Positions 1 to 11,689 are shown, counted from the first letter of the stretch. The stretch is 64,000 nt of DNA from Lama guanicoe (GCA_013239625.1 MU053881.1:11980879-12044878), one strand, 5' to 3'. Translations and numbers: made by a program. Notes: generated from the letters alone by a model not told the origin.

Positions 1-1
1 C

Positions 2-46
2 AACACTAAACCCACGCTAAAAGAAATATTGAAAGGGCTATTCTAA
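2..46 (+). CDS. ORF1: L1 ORF1p C-terminus (partial): NTKPTLKEILKGLF*
   Basis: Manual translation resembles the conserved mammalian ORF1p end (TxPxLxExLKxxL); TAA at 44-46; lies upstream of ORF2. Confidence 0.85.
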   Translation, partial: NTKPTLKEILKGLF

Positions 47-90
47 ATAGAAAAGCAGCAGGATGCTACAGAAATGAGAAACTCACAATG

Positions 91-209
91 GTAGGTGATA
101 ACTCATGAATTACAAAGAAAGAAAACATACAAATCACTGAGAGTGGGAGAGGCAGGCAGGGAAATATAGAATATTTTTTTTTCTTTCTTTTTTAAATTTT
201 TTTTAACAG
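91..209 (+). other. Putative 119-nt GT-AG intron in the L1 inter-ORF region
   Basis: Donor ATG|GTAGGT at 90/91; about 30-nt polypyrimidine tract 174-204; acceptor AACAG|G at 209/210. Confidence 0.4.
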
Positions 210-210
210 G

Positions 211-438
211 ATGAGTTTGAGATCATGTTACTATCAGTTTAATAAAAACAGTTATAGTAATGGGTTAATAGATTTACAAAAAAGGGTAACCACAAGTCAA
301 ATATTTACAAGGGAGTCACAAAAGTTAAACAAAATCCATGATATTACAAAGGAAAATTACCAAACCACAAAAGGAAGAAGAAAGGAACAAAGAGGATATA
401 CCAATTCAACTGCAAAGATAAGTTCAAAATGGCAATAA
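211..438 (+). CDS. Putative third L1 ORF in the inter-ORF region (75 aa, basic, K/R/T/N/Q-rich)
   Basis: Open from ATG 211 to TAA 436-438; preceded by T-tract + AACAG/G; stop overlaps ORF2 start (AAA ATG GCA ATA A). Translation unproven. Confidence 0.45.
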   Translation: MSLRSCYYQFNKNSYSNGLIDLQKRVTTSQIFTRESQKLNKIHDITKENYQTTKGRRKEQRGYTNSTAKISSKWQ

Positions 439-3400
439 ACACACATCTATCATTAATTACTGTAAATGTTAATGGACTAAATGCTCCAGTCAAAAGACAT
501 AGAGTGGCAGACTGGATAATAAAGCAAGAACCTTCAATATGCTGCATACAAGAGACCCACTTTAGGGAGAAGGACACATATAGATTGAGAGTGAAAGGAT
601 GGAAAAGGATATTCCATGCAAATGGAAAAGCCAAAAAAGCAGGTGTTGCAGTACTGATTTCAGACAAAATAGACTTTAAAACAAAGGCCATAAAGAAAGA
701 TAAAGAAGGACATTTTATAATGATTAAAGGAGTGATACAAGATGAAGATATTACACTCGTTAATATATATGCACCCAATATAGGAGCACCTAAGTACATA
801 CAAGAATTACTAACAGAGATAAAGGGGGATATTGATGGGAATACAATCATAGTTGGAGATTTTAACACTGCATTAACATCACTAGACAGATCTTCCAGAC
901 AGAAAATAAACAAGGCAACAGAGAAATTAAATACTACAATAGAAAAACTAGATTTGGTGGATATTTTCAGAGCATTACACCCCCAAAAAATAGAATATAC
1001 ATTCTTTTCAAGTGCACATGGAACATTTTCCAGGATCGATCATGTACTTGGACACAAAAGAAACCTCAACAAATTTAAGAAGATAGAAATTATCTCAAGC
1101 ATCTTTACTGACCACAATGCCATGAAACTGGAAATCAACAACAGAGAAACAAAGGAGAAAAAAAGAAAAGCATGGAGATTAAACAATATGTTATTGAAAA
1201 AACAATGGATCAATGAGGAAATCAAAGCTGAAATTAAAAAATACCTTGAGACAAATGATAATGAAAGCACAACCACTCAAAACCTATGGGACACAGCAAA
1301 GGCAGTGCTAAGAGGGAAGTTTATAGCGATACAGGCCTTCCTCAAAAAAGAAGAACAATCTCAAATAAACAAGTTAACCCACCACCTGAATCAATTAGAA
1401 AAAGAAGAACAAAAAGCCCCAAAAAGCAGCAGAAGGAAGGAAATAATAAAGATCAGAGAGGAATTAAATACAATAGAGATTAACAAGACCATAGAAAAAA
1501 TCAACCAAACCAAAAGCTGGTTTTTTGAAAAAGTAAATAAAATCGACAAACCTCTGGCCAAACTCACAAAGAAGAAAAAAGAGAGAGCACAAATTAGCAA
1601 AATAAGAAAGGAAAATGGAGAAATTACAACAAACAAAATAGAAATACAGAATATCATACGAGAATATTATGAAAAACTATATGGAACCAAACTGGATAAC
1701 CTAGAGGAGATGGACAAGTTTCTGGAAACATACTGTCCACCAAAACTGAATCAAGAAGAAACTGAACACTTGAACAATCCGATCACTAGAAAGGAAATAG
1801 AAATAGCAATTAAAAACCTCCCTACAAATAAAAGTCCAGGACCGGACGGCTTCACCGGGGAATTCTACCAAACATACAAAGAAGAACTCATACCAGTCCT
1901 TCTCAAACTCTTCCAGACGATTGAAAAGGAGGGAATACTCCCAAACTCATTCTATGAAGCCACCATCACCCTGATACCAAAACCAGGCAAAGACACTACA
2001 AAAAAAGAGAATTATAGGCCAATATCACTGATGAACATAGACGCCAAAATCCTCACCAAAATTTTAGCAAATAGAATCCAACAACACATAAAAAAGATTA
2101 TACATCATGACCAAGTGGGGTTCATCCCAGGGACACAAGGCTGGTTCAACATACGCAAATCAATCAATGTAATACATCACATCAACAAGAGAAAGGACAA
2201 AAACCACATGATCATCTCAATCGATGCAGAAAAAGCATTTGATAAAATTCAACACCCATTTATGATAAAAACTCTCGCCAAAGTGGGTATAGAGGGAACA
2301 TATCTCAACATAATAAAAGCTATATATGACAAACCTATAGCCAGCATAGTTCTCAACGGTGAAAAACTCAAAAGCTTCCCACTAAAATCTGGGACAAGAC
2401 AAGGATGCCCACTATCACCACTCCTATTCAATATAGTCCTGGAAGTCCTAGCCACAGCAATCAGGCAAGAGAAAGAAATAAAAGGGATCCAAATTGGAAA
2501 AGAAGAGGTAAAAGTGTCATTATATGCTGACGACATGTTACTATATATAGAAAACCCTAAAAGGTCCACAAAAAAGCTACTAGAGCTGATCGAAGAATTC
2601 AGCAAGGTAGCAGGTTACAAAATTAATGTTCAAAAATCAGTTGCATTTCTTTACACTAACGATAAATCAACAGAAAAAGAAAGTAAAGAAACAATCCCCT
2701 TTAAAATAGCACCCAAAGTAATAAAATATCTGGGAATAAATCTAACCAAGGAGGTGAAAGAATTATACACAGAAAACTATAAACCATTGATGAAGGAAAT
2801 TAAAGAAGACTTTAAAAAATGGAAAGATATTCCATGCTCTTGGATTGGAAGAATCAATATTGTTAAAATGGTCACACTGCCCAAGGCAATCTACAGATTT
2901 AATGCAATCCCTATCCAATTACCCAGGACATATTTCACAGAACTAGAACAAATCATAATAAAATTTATATGGAACCATCAAAGACCTAGAATTGCTAAAG
3001 CATTACTGAAGAGAAAGAAAGAGGCTGGAGGAATAACTCTCCCAGACTTCAGACAATACTATAGAGCTACAGTCATCAAGACAGCATGGTATTGGTACCA
3101 AAACAGACATATAGACCAATGGAACAGAATAGAGAGCCCAGAAATGAACCCACAAACTTTTGGTCAACTCATCTTCGACAAAGGAGGCAAGAATATACAA
3201 TGGAATAAAGACAGTCTCTTCAGCAAATGGTGTTGGGAAAACTGGACAGCAGCATGTAAAACAATGAAGCTAGAACACACCCTTACACCATATACAAAAA
3301 TCAACTCAAAATGGATTAAAGACTTAAACATAAGACAAGATACAATAAACCTCCTAGAGGAAAACATAGGCAAAACATTATCTGACATACATTTCAAAAA

Positions 3401-4289
3401 TTTTCTCCTAGAAGAAATAAAAGCAAGAATAAACAAATGGGACCTAATGAAACTTACAAGCTTCTGCAGAGCAAAGGAAACCAGAAATAAAACAAGAAGA
3501 AAACCTACGGAATGGGAGAAAATTTTTGCAAGTGAAACCGACAAAGGCTTGATCTCCAAAATATATAAGCAGCTCATACGACTCAATAAGAAAAAAATAA
3601 ACAACCCAATCCAAAAATGGGCAGAAGACCTAAACAAGCAATTCTCCAAGGAAGACATACAAATGATCAAAAAGCACATGAAAAAATGCTCAATATCACT
3701 AATTATCAGAGAAATGCAAATCAAAACTACAATGAGGTATCACCTCACACCAGTCAGAATGGCCGTCATTCAAAAATCCAAAAATGACAAATGCTGGAGA
3801 GGCTGTGGAGAAAGGGGAACCCTCCTACACTGCTGGTGGGAATGCAGTTTGGTGCAGCCACTATGGAAAACAGTGTGGAGATTCCTCAAAAGACTAGGAA
3901 TAGACTTACCATATGACCCAGGAATCCCACTCCTGGGCTTGTATCCAGAAGGAAATCTACTTCAGGATGACACCTGCACTCCAATGTTCATAGCAGCACT
4001 ATTTACAATAGCCAAAACATGGAAACAGCCTAAATGTCCATCAACAGGTGACTGGATAAAGAAGATGTGGTATATTTATACAATGGAATACTACTCAGCC
4101 ATAAAAACCGACAACATAATGCCATTTGCAGCAACATGGATGCTCCTAGAGAATGTCATTCTAAGTGAAGTAAGCCAGAAAGAGAAAGAAAAATACCATA
4201 TGAGATCGCTCATATGTGGAATCAAAAGACTCATGGACAGAGAATACAGACTTGTGGTTACCAGGGGGGTAGAGGGTGGGAAGGGATAG
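429..4289 (+). CDS. ORF2: L1 ORF2p: APE-type endonuclease, reverse transcriptase and C-terminal CCHC domain; intact, 1286 aa
   Basis: EN motifs NVNGLN, CIQETH, NIYAPN, GDFN, SRIDH, TDH; PIP box [10 protein letters not shown] region [17 protein letters not shown] and YADD (2523-2534); CWRGC...HCWWEC; no stops or frameshifts. Confidence 0.98.
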   Translation: MAINTHLSLITVNVNGLNAPVKRHRVADWIIKQEPSICCIQETHFREKDTYRLRVKGWKRIFHANGKAKKAGVAVLISDKIDFKTKAIKKDKEGHFIMIKGVIQDEDITLVNIYAPNIGAPKYIQELLTEIKGDIDGNTIIVGDFNTALTSLDRSSRQKINKATEKLNTTIEKLDLVDIFRALHPQKIEYTFFSSAHGTFSRIDHVLGHKRNLNKFKKIEIISSIFTDHNAMKLEINNRETKEKKRKAWRLNNMLLKKQWINEEIKAEIKKYLETNDNESTTTQNLWDTAKAVLRGKFIAIQAFLKKEEQSQINKLTHHLNQLEKEEQKAPKSSRRKEIIKIREELNTIEINKTIEKINQTKSWFFEKVNKIDKPLAKLTKKKKERAQISKIRKENGEITTNKIEIQNIIREYYEKLYGTKLDNLEEMDKFLETYCPPKLNQEETEHLNNPITRKEIEIAIKNLPTNKSPGPDGFTGEFYQTYKEELIPVLLKLFQTIEKEGILPNSFYEATITLIPKPGKDTTKKENYRPISLMNIDAKILTKILANRIQQHIKKIIHHDQVGFIPGTQGWFNIRKSINVIHHINKRKDKNHMIISIDAEKAFDKIQHPFMIKTLAKVGIEGTYLNIIKAIYDKPIASIVLNGEKLKSFPLKSGTRQGCPLSPLLFNIVLEVLATAIRQEKEIKGIQIGKEEVKVSLYADDMLLYIENPKRSTKKLLELIEEFSKVAGYKINVQKSVAFLYTNDKSTEKESKETIPFKIAPKVIKYLGINLTKEVKELYTENYKPLMKEIKEDFKKWKDIPCSWIGRINIVKMVTLPKAIYRFNAIPIQLPRTYFTELEQIIIKFIWNHQRPRIAKALLKRKKEAGGITLPDFRQYYRATVIKTAWYWYQNRHIDQWNRIESPEMNPQTFGQLIFDKGGKNIQWNKDSLFSKWCWENWTAACKTMKLEHTLTPYTKINSKWIKDLNIRQDTINLLEENIGKTLSDIHFKNFLLEEIKARINKWDLMKLTSFCRAKETRNKTRRKPTEWEKIFASETDKGLISKIYKQLIRLNKKKINNPIQKWAEDLNKQFSKEDIQMIKKHMKKCSISLIIREMQIKTTMRYHLTPVRMAVIQKSKNDKCWRGCGERGTLLHCWWECSLVQPLWKTVWRFLKRLGIDLPYDPGIPLLGLYPEGNLLQDDTCTPMFIAALFTIAKTWKQPKCPSTGDWIKKMWYIYTMEYYSAIKTDNIMPFAATWMLLENVILSEVSQKEKEKYHMRSLICGIKRLMDREYRLVVTRGVEGGKG
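4264..4285 (+). other. G-quadruplex-forming motif at the L1 3' end
   Basis: GGGGGG-TAGA-GGG-T-GGG-AA-GGG; identical at 17582-17603. Confidence 0.65.
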
Positions 4290-4719
4290 ACTGGGATTTC
4301 AAAATTGTAGAATAGATAAACAAGATTACACTGTATAGCACAGGGAAATATACACAAAATGTTATGATAAATCACAGAGAAAAAAATGTGACAATGAGTG
4401 TGTATATGTCCATGAATGACTGAAAAATTGTGCTGAACACTGGAATTTGACACAACATTGTAAAATGATTATAAATCAATAAAAAATGTTAAAAAAAAAA
4501 AGAAAAAGAAAAAGAGCACACAAAAAAGACCTGGCAGGGACAGGCAAAAAGGTAGGAAGAAAACCAGGTGATACATTAAGCAAGGAAAGGGTAATAGGAA
4601 GAGATAGAACTCAGTATTACTGTGAGTTACAGACTGTTTAAAATAAGGACAAAAAATCATTTTAGACAGACAATGGTAGGCACACATGAATAACAATCAA
4701 AAAAATATTAAGAATAAAA

Positions 4720-5270
4720 GTTAGAAAATCAGTTAGCAAAATGAGGCACTTGTCCAAACAAGAGATGATAAGATCTGGACTAGTTCAATAGTAATGGGAT
4801 TCTCAGCAAGGGGAAGACTTACAGATGTGGACACATTTGGTGACTACAGATGACAAGACTTAGAGATAAGCAATGAGGGAAAAAACAGAGTCAGGGAGAA
4901 GAGAGATGGCTCCTTTAGTTAGGGAATTGTTGATTTGATTTCGAGGAACTATTGAGATTTCCAAGTATTATACCAAGTGAAGAAAAATGATCTTTCGATC
5001 AAAAGTCAGAAAAAGACCACTAGAGAATCACCAATTATCCCCTTGAGTGAGGAGTGTGCAGCTTGAGGGGGGAGAGACAGAAGGAGAGGATCCTGGGAAC
5101 ATCATCCTACAGGGAAGCAGAAGGAATGCCTCAAGGAGCACCCACTGAGATAGGAAGAGAGCCGAGAGAACAGAGCTCTGTCCAAACTAAGAGAAACAAG
5201 ATAAGGAGTAGCCACAATACCAAACACTGCTGATAGCTTCAATCACACAGGACAGTTCTCCTGGACTGAC
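4720..5270 (-). mobile_element. Degenerate L2 LINE fragment
   Basis: Purine-rich, L2-antisense-like sequence; highly diverged, boundaries approximate. Confidence 0.4.
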
Positions 5271-8200
5271 TCAAGGAAGTCCACTTCTTATCCTAAGTAC
5301 TTACAGTGTGAAGCTACAAAGAACAGAATATCCTTGTAAATACTCAGGACACTTGAGTTAACAAATGAACAGATGTAAACAAATAGAGTATATGTATATC
5401 TAAAATGGATGTGACTATCTGGCAGAATGTTAAGGTTTTAGTGTTTTCCTTTTGGTGAAGTTCATTGTTAGAGCGCTTCTTCAATGACATGTTGAGTAAA
5501 AGCTTGAGTGATCAACTGATAAACAAAATGAATGGCTATACTCTGTAAGGATGAGAGAAAAAATCCTCTAAACAACGATTTGAAGGGAGCACAATACGAA
5601 ATGTTATCTGAAGTATTACACAGTCACTCTCTAAATCTCCATGGATTTACTCAGCTGCACATTGAAGCCAGATTATAGCTAGGAAGTTGACAAGTAGCAT
5701 CCTTTAAGACTATTACATATGTTAGAAATACCATTTATTTCAGAAAAATAAATACATATTATAATGACAATCAGCAACATATTCTGGCTGAATATGATTT
5801 CAAAATAGATACTCTGAAGGAATATGTTTAAACAACTGTGAATGAGAAGAATTGGACACTATAAATCATGGAAAGAGAGGATTAAGTTCAGAAACTGTTC
5901 TGAAAACCACAGGCATTTTAACTCACATTAGCAAAATACTTTGGTAGAACCTAAATGTCTTAAATTACATAATGATTATATTAATGGATAAATACATTAA
6001 CCGTAATATAGGCTTATCTTCTTCCATGCATAAGCAGTTTTCCTTCATGCATTTGCTAATTTGAATGTTTTCATATATAATTAAATTAGTAACTCTAATA
6101 AGATAAATGCTACATACTAAATGCTAGGTTGATCACTAAATATAAATTATCTTGATGTACAATGACTGTAATGAGAATTAGGTATCTCTCAATGCACTGG
6201 ATCTACCCCCAGAATAACACCAGGCTTGTACCACTATCCCTAACTCAACCCCACCCTCACACTTCCAAGTCGTTTTTGCACTGAAAAACTGAGGACTGTT
6301 TGCAGTTCAAAAAGTCCTCACATTATGCATTCACACAGCTTGAAATTACTTAGATGTCCAGATTCGACAATCTCTCAGCCTATAATAAATCCACAATGGA
6401 ATTCACAAGCAGCAGAAACAATAATAGGATATTCTGTCCTTTCAAACTAAAGTTCTGGACCAGTGGCTGGCTTAGTGGCCAGGAAAGTTATGCCTTGGCT
6501 CCAGACCATCGTAAATGGTCTCCTATAGATTCAATAATAAAACCAGTACCTCTAACTTTGAGAGTAAATGGCAGGGGTTCTTTTTTCCACATTTGGATCT
6601 AATAGAGTAGCCATGACTTCATATTTATTAACATCCATGTCATCATTTTAATACACTACTTCATCTTTCCAGGAGAGTGCATAGAGTGCAGCGAAAGCCA
6701 TATTTTACAAGCCAATTTTAAATGCCTTTTAATGATGATTCACGGTGCTCTAACACAGATTTCTCATCAATATCGCCATCCTGCAGGCACGCATTAAAGC
6801 TGCAAATCATTTCTTGGGTGGTGCTACTGTCAGACTCTAAATGTGCTATAAACATAACTCAAAGATCTGAGTGAAGCATCTCCCTTGGATGCAATGGGTA
6901 TAATCTGATTTCTGCAAACTGGAAGGAATGCCAGTTATGCCAGAGAGAGATTTGAATGCCCTTGATTGGAAAGCTTGCCGGAGTCTTTCTACCCAGATGA
7001 AGAGCAGGCAGACATTCAGAGCTGCCGCATCACCCCTCTGCAAAATAACCATGAGTTGAACATCTAAGTTTCTACAATTTGCAAATTGTTTGATTATTTA
7101 AGTCTTTTTCCCCTAGTAAGTGTTAATCAGCATTCCTGCTGGTGGTCCTTAGGGTTGTTACCATGGAACTTGTAAATGATTTCAAAGATGTAGCTGAGAT
7201 AAAGGGGGACACCTGTGGATGAGTTCCTTCCGTTATCATTAGCATAAACCCTTACAGGCCAGTTCCTGCAACATTGTGATAAACTGCTGGAAATAGAAAT
7301 GCCTGATACAAAACATGGTGGGAAGGCTTAAATTGTTCCGGGTCTTTAGCATATTTTCACATTGGTATTAAGAATGTTAGAAATAATTTAATCATTGCCT
7401 GATTATACTGATGTTAGGAGTAATGAAATCCTTGCCTTATTACATATGGACTCATTCAGAGCCTCATTATTTATTTGGCAAGCATTAAGCATCAAATCAA
7501 TTTAGTCATATACTTGAAAATGGGAAGTTCAAGATGAAAGCTAAAGTGAAGATTAAAAGGTAAATTAAAACTATTTATTTCTAGCAGGCATGGGAGTAAT
7601 TTTCTTCACAAGCAACCCATCCCAATAGAGTTTAAAAGGGAAGAACAGCAAATGATAGGGTCCATCCCAGAGAAGGGAAATTAAAATGAAGAAGAATTGG
7701 CAAAGCATCCACTACTTACATTTGCCTGGGTCAAATGACTTAGGAAGAAGAGGGTGGTAACTTTGATTTGTAGCTATGGAATGTACTCTGTGCTTTTATG
7801 TAACTGATTATTATTGGAATAGTTCCATTTCCAGCTCAATAGAAATGGGAAGAAGGGAAGTACATGTTAATCACTTGGGAATTTGTAGTTTCACTTTGCA
7901 TATGAAGATGTACGGACATTAGTAGAATACAATAAATGTATCCAGTAGTGTTTTGGTTTTGGACTTAGCATAGTGGCCACATCAGGGATAGATATTTTCA
8001 CACTGCAATACGGGAGAGTATCCCACCCACACTGACCTGAGGCTGGGGACGAGTCCAGCCTAAGCAGCTATCTGGTCGCTCCTTGTAAGGAAATTTCCTA
8101 ATGTATTGATGTATGATGATAATTGCTAGATTGGGTCACAGGAAGCCAATCAAGGCCACTGAATAACGGGGAATAATTGCCAATAAAATCATACAGGAAG

Positions 8201-8529
8201 CCTTAAGAAAAAAATAACTTCCTTTTCAACACAGACATAATTAGAAGTAGAGCTGGGACTACCACAGGGCAGTACTTGGATTTGTTACCCTGGCTCTTAC
8301 ATAACTGACAGCAATACATAGAGAACCAGGGGCAGCTGGAAGAAGTTGCTGGACTTAATTCTAGTCTTTTTGGATAGGGTGAGAAGATAGACATTTAGAC
8401 TGAATGTTGGAATTGTGTGAGAGCATTAATTACAGAAAGAAAGAGCCATGTTTGTTACTGAAAGGGACACTGTTACTGAAAAGCACAGGAACACAAGGAA
8501 TATATATATTTTGTAACAAGGAAATGGGA

Positions 8530-8690
8530 CCAAAAAAGCAGGTGATCCTGCTAACCATTCAGGCTGAGGAAGGTTCAAATTTAACAGATGAGGAAACAGA
8601 TTTAGGCAGATGTCACTGATCCAGGTCTTCCTTGTTGGAAACGATTTGACCTGGATTTAAAACCAGCTGTCTAATTCTAAAATCTATGTT
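8530..8690 (-). mobile_element. MIR SINE fragment
   Basis: MIR core-like ACAGATGAGGAAACAGA...GATCCAGGTC. Confidence 0.55.
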
Positions 8691-9050
8691 TCTTAAAAAT
8701 TGTACCCTTGGTTTACTCAGCATGTAACATCAGGTAAAATAAACCCTACCCTACCTCCTAAAAAACATCAGCCAATTGCACAGATCCTGTACAGGCACTC
8801 TGCGTGTTTCTGTCAGCCAGCTAGAGGCTGATGGAGAAGACCTGAGGTCAAACAGCTTCTGTGAAGTGACCCCAAATTCAATAAAGAGTCTTTAATCTGC
8901 TGAAGTGGTGAAAGTGACTCTACTTTCAGTCAGGAGTGGATCAATTCATTCCCAATGGAATTTTTTTTTTAAATGCTTAGATTTTACTAGTAAGCTTGTT
9001 TACAGAGCCAAGAGAAGAAAAAGGAGGAAATTCTTTTAAAATCTACTTTT

Positions 9051-9130
9051 TTTTAAACATTTTTTATTGATTTATAATCATTTTACAATGTTGTGTCAAA
9101 TTCGTGTTCAGCACAACTTTTCAGTCATTC
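9051..9130 (-). mobile_element. 80-bp 5'-truncated insertion of the young L1 family
   Basis: Reverse complement matches the last ~80 nt of the L1 at 4414-4495; TSD ATCTACTTTT at 9041-9050 and 9131-9140. Confidence 0.93.
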
Positions 9131-10527
9131 ATCTACTTTTGTTTCACTTATGTTTGCTTGAAGATCTTATGCAGAAACAGATAATATTAATGTAAAGGGA
9201 GAGAATTATTGTGTTCCTTTGCTGTGGTTACCTTTGGGTAATATTTTCACCCATTGCCAGTTCCTGTCCTATTTTCAAGAAAGACCTATTGATTTCTTAA
9301 ACCACTCAACATTACTAGGTTGCACAATTCTCTTTATCATATCAAGTTTTGCTCTGTTTATATCCTGACTAAAAACACACAGCTGCCCAAGGATAATCAA
9401 ACATGTGTGATAGTGTATTGCAAATGCTCCCTGGCTCTTTGCAGAAGTCAATTCATCCTCTCAATGCCTTTGTGAATAATCCTTTCATTCTTAAGAAGTT
9501 TATATTTTTCCTTCTTTAAAGAAATCTGAACTCCCTAGTATTTCATTTCACAACTGTCCATGTGAATATGATTAAAATAGGCTTGCTATTCTGATAAAGA
9601 TAGGTTGTCCCATGTGGTTATTTGTAACCAAGACAAAATAGTTTTACTTTATTTTGTTTTTAAAAATAAAGATTCTTTGCAAGTAAGAGGCATCCCATGG
9701 TTACTGCTACTCAGCCCTTTATTGCAATAAAAGGAAACAGTGCTGTGGGTATATTGGAGGAGAAAGATGGAATGTGGTATTATTTCTCCAAGTATTACAT
9801 CAAGAGGAATATGTATGGCAAATGATATAAAACACAGGTTAAAATGAGAATCAAAGACTTTGATGGCAAGAGGCCCTAGTAAAGAGAGAATTCCAAAGAC
9901 AGACCCATCTTTATTTTTGGCTTATAAAAACTGGGAGGGTATGTTAGATATTCTGCCATGTTTGAATATCACCCAATAAATATCTTGAGGCACTGAATGC
10001 ATGTGAAATCAAGGAAGGGAAGGAAAAGTGGATATTCTGGCACCAGTAAAGGAAAGATATTTGACTATTTAAAGGAAGGATGCTCAAGAAAGAGAAGACA
10101 ATAGAGGGGAAGTTATACTGAATTAGGCAAAAGAGAATTACAAGCCAAGCCCAAGAAAAAGCTGTGTGGGGTGAGCTGCTAGAGCAGAAGGAAAGAACTA
10201 TAAAATACAGTGCATATTCCATCCAACACTGAACTGAGCATAAATAAGAGAGCCTCACATTTCCATTTTTTAAAAATGTTTGCTTTTTATATGAATCATT
10301 ATTTTTTTCTCATTTAGAAAGGTCTTACAAGGTTGTCTTGCTAATAGCCATGAGGACAGGTCATGTAGAATTCCCATTTCCTTTTTTTTTTTTTTAACTG
10401 AGTGGGGGATGGAATGGGGGTTCACTTATTGGCAAAGGGGTTGCATTTCCTGCCCCAGAAATCAATTTCATGTACTCTACCATCTTCCTTGATCTACTCA
10501 GCTGTTAAGTGATACAACATGCTACTG

Positions 10528-10661
10528 CTATAGAGCTATATACATATATACATACAGAGCTATATACATATATTATAAATCAACTATATATGTGTGTATA
10601 TACATATATATACACATACATATACATATATATATACACACATATACACATATATGTGTAT
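10528..10661. repeat. TA/CA/TG low-complexity microsatellite
   Basis: Imperfect (TA)n/(TACA)n with duplicated AGAGCTATATACATATAT. Confidence 0.8.
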
Positions 10662-11004
10662 TTTGATTTATAATCACCAACTAGTTATATTGCTGGTTTC
10701 CCCATCCATGGAAGGCAAATATAAAAAGAAAAATTATTATTGACAATTTACATCTAAATACCATCTATCTAGAGTTATTTTAGAAGGCATGTCAACACCA
10801 TCTTCAGGGTGCTGTATCATTTCCATACTCTGTAGCCTAACAGAGGATGTATAAAAGTGATATAATTTCTCCTATCCTAAAAAAAAAATCTCTCTGGCCA
10901 CCATCTACTCCTCTAGGCACCTTACCCTTTCTCTACTCTCCTTTAGAGAAAACCTCCCTAAACTGTCTCTCTCCAGTTTCTCTTTTGTCATTCTCATTTT
11001 TTCC

Positions 11005-11210
11005 ACCTTATGATTGCAAAATAAAACACACATATATGAAAGTATACAACATATAAATGTATAGCTTAACCAACTGTTGTAAGGTAAACAGCCACATAAA
11101 TATCACCCAAGTTATGAAGTAAAATATTCCCCACAACCCAGAATCCCCTGCACGTCCTTTGATTGTAATGTTTTCCCTCCAACCTATAACCACTGTCTTG
11201 ATTATAAATA
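11005..11210 (-). mobile_element. Old L1 (L1M-type) 3' end fragment
   Basis: Antisense L1 3'-end pattern AAATGTATAGCTT...ATCACCCAAG...CCAGAATCCCC. Confidence 0.55.
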
Positions 11211-11264
11211 TAGAAACAAGAACAGTAATTGATAATAATTTCTTAAGTCAGTGTTCAAATTTAT

Positions 11265-11612
11265 TATATAGATATAGATGTATATGTGTACTTTTTGTAT
11301 ATATATATTTTATAATATATATTTTATGCAGTCTATAGTTTATATGTATGTACATATGTGTATATATACATATATGTATATATTCTGTTTATATGTATAT
11401 ATATACTTTTATGCACGTCTTTTATGTATATGTATATGTGCATATGCATGCACAATAAAAAACTTGAATATTAATTTGAAAATTATTGCATGTTTTGGTT
11501 TAATAATGCAACTATGTATATATATTTTTTTAAGTATTATACACTTAACATTTTATATTTATGCATGATATGTTTATATATATTTGTGTGTGTGTATGTA
11601 TATATGTATATA
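11265..11612. repeat. AT-rich low-complexity (TA/TG) tract
   Basis: Interrupted TATATG/TATA repeats. Confidence 0.75.
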
Positions 11613-11689
11613 CTGTTGTATGAATCTGGATCCAAATAAAGTCTACAGATTTTGTCTGGTTGATATTTTTTGGAAATATTTTCATTTTT

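Larger units (their letters stand above)
1..4514 (+). mobile_element. Young LINE-1 retrotransposon; 5' end lies upstream of the window
   Basis: ORF1 C-terminus (2-46), 382-nt inter-ORF region, intact ORF2 (429-4289), short 3' UTR with G-rich tract, AATAAA at 4478-4483, A-tail 4491-4501 followed by GAAAAAGAAAAAG. Confidence 0.98.

Noticed and set aside
344..913. 189-aa antisense ORF, plus others at 1040-1657, 2249-2605, 3164-3724 and 16482-17042
   Set aside because: Shadow frames of the A-rich L1 ORF2; F/L/I/S-rich composition; no independent evidence
5298..5330. 9-nt minus-strand micro-exon (TTTGTAG|CTTCACACT|GTAAGT)
   Set aside because: Adjacent to L2-like sequence; such short site pairs are common by chance
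11278..11568. ORFs over TA-rich or purine repeats (also 54367-54682, 33689-33925)
   Set aside because: Low-complexity translation artefacts
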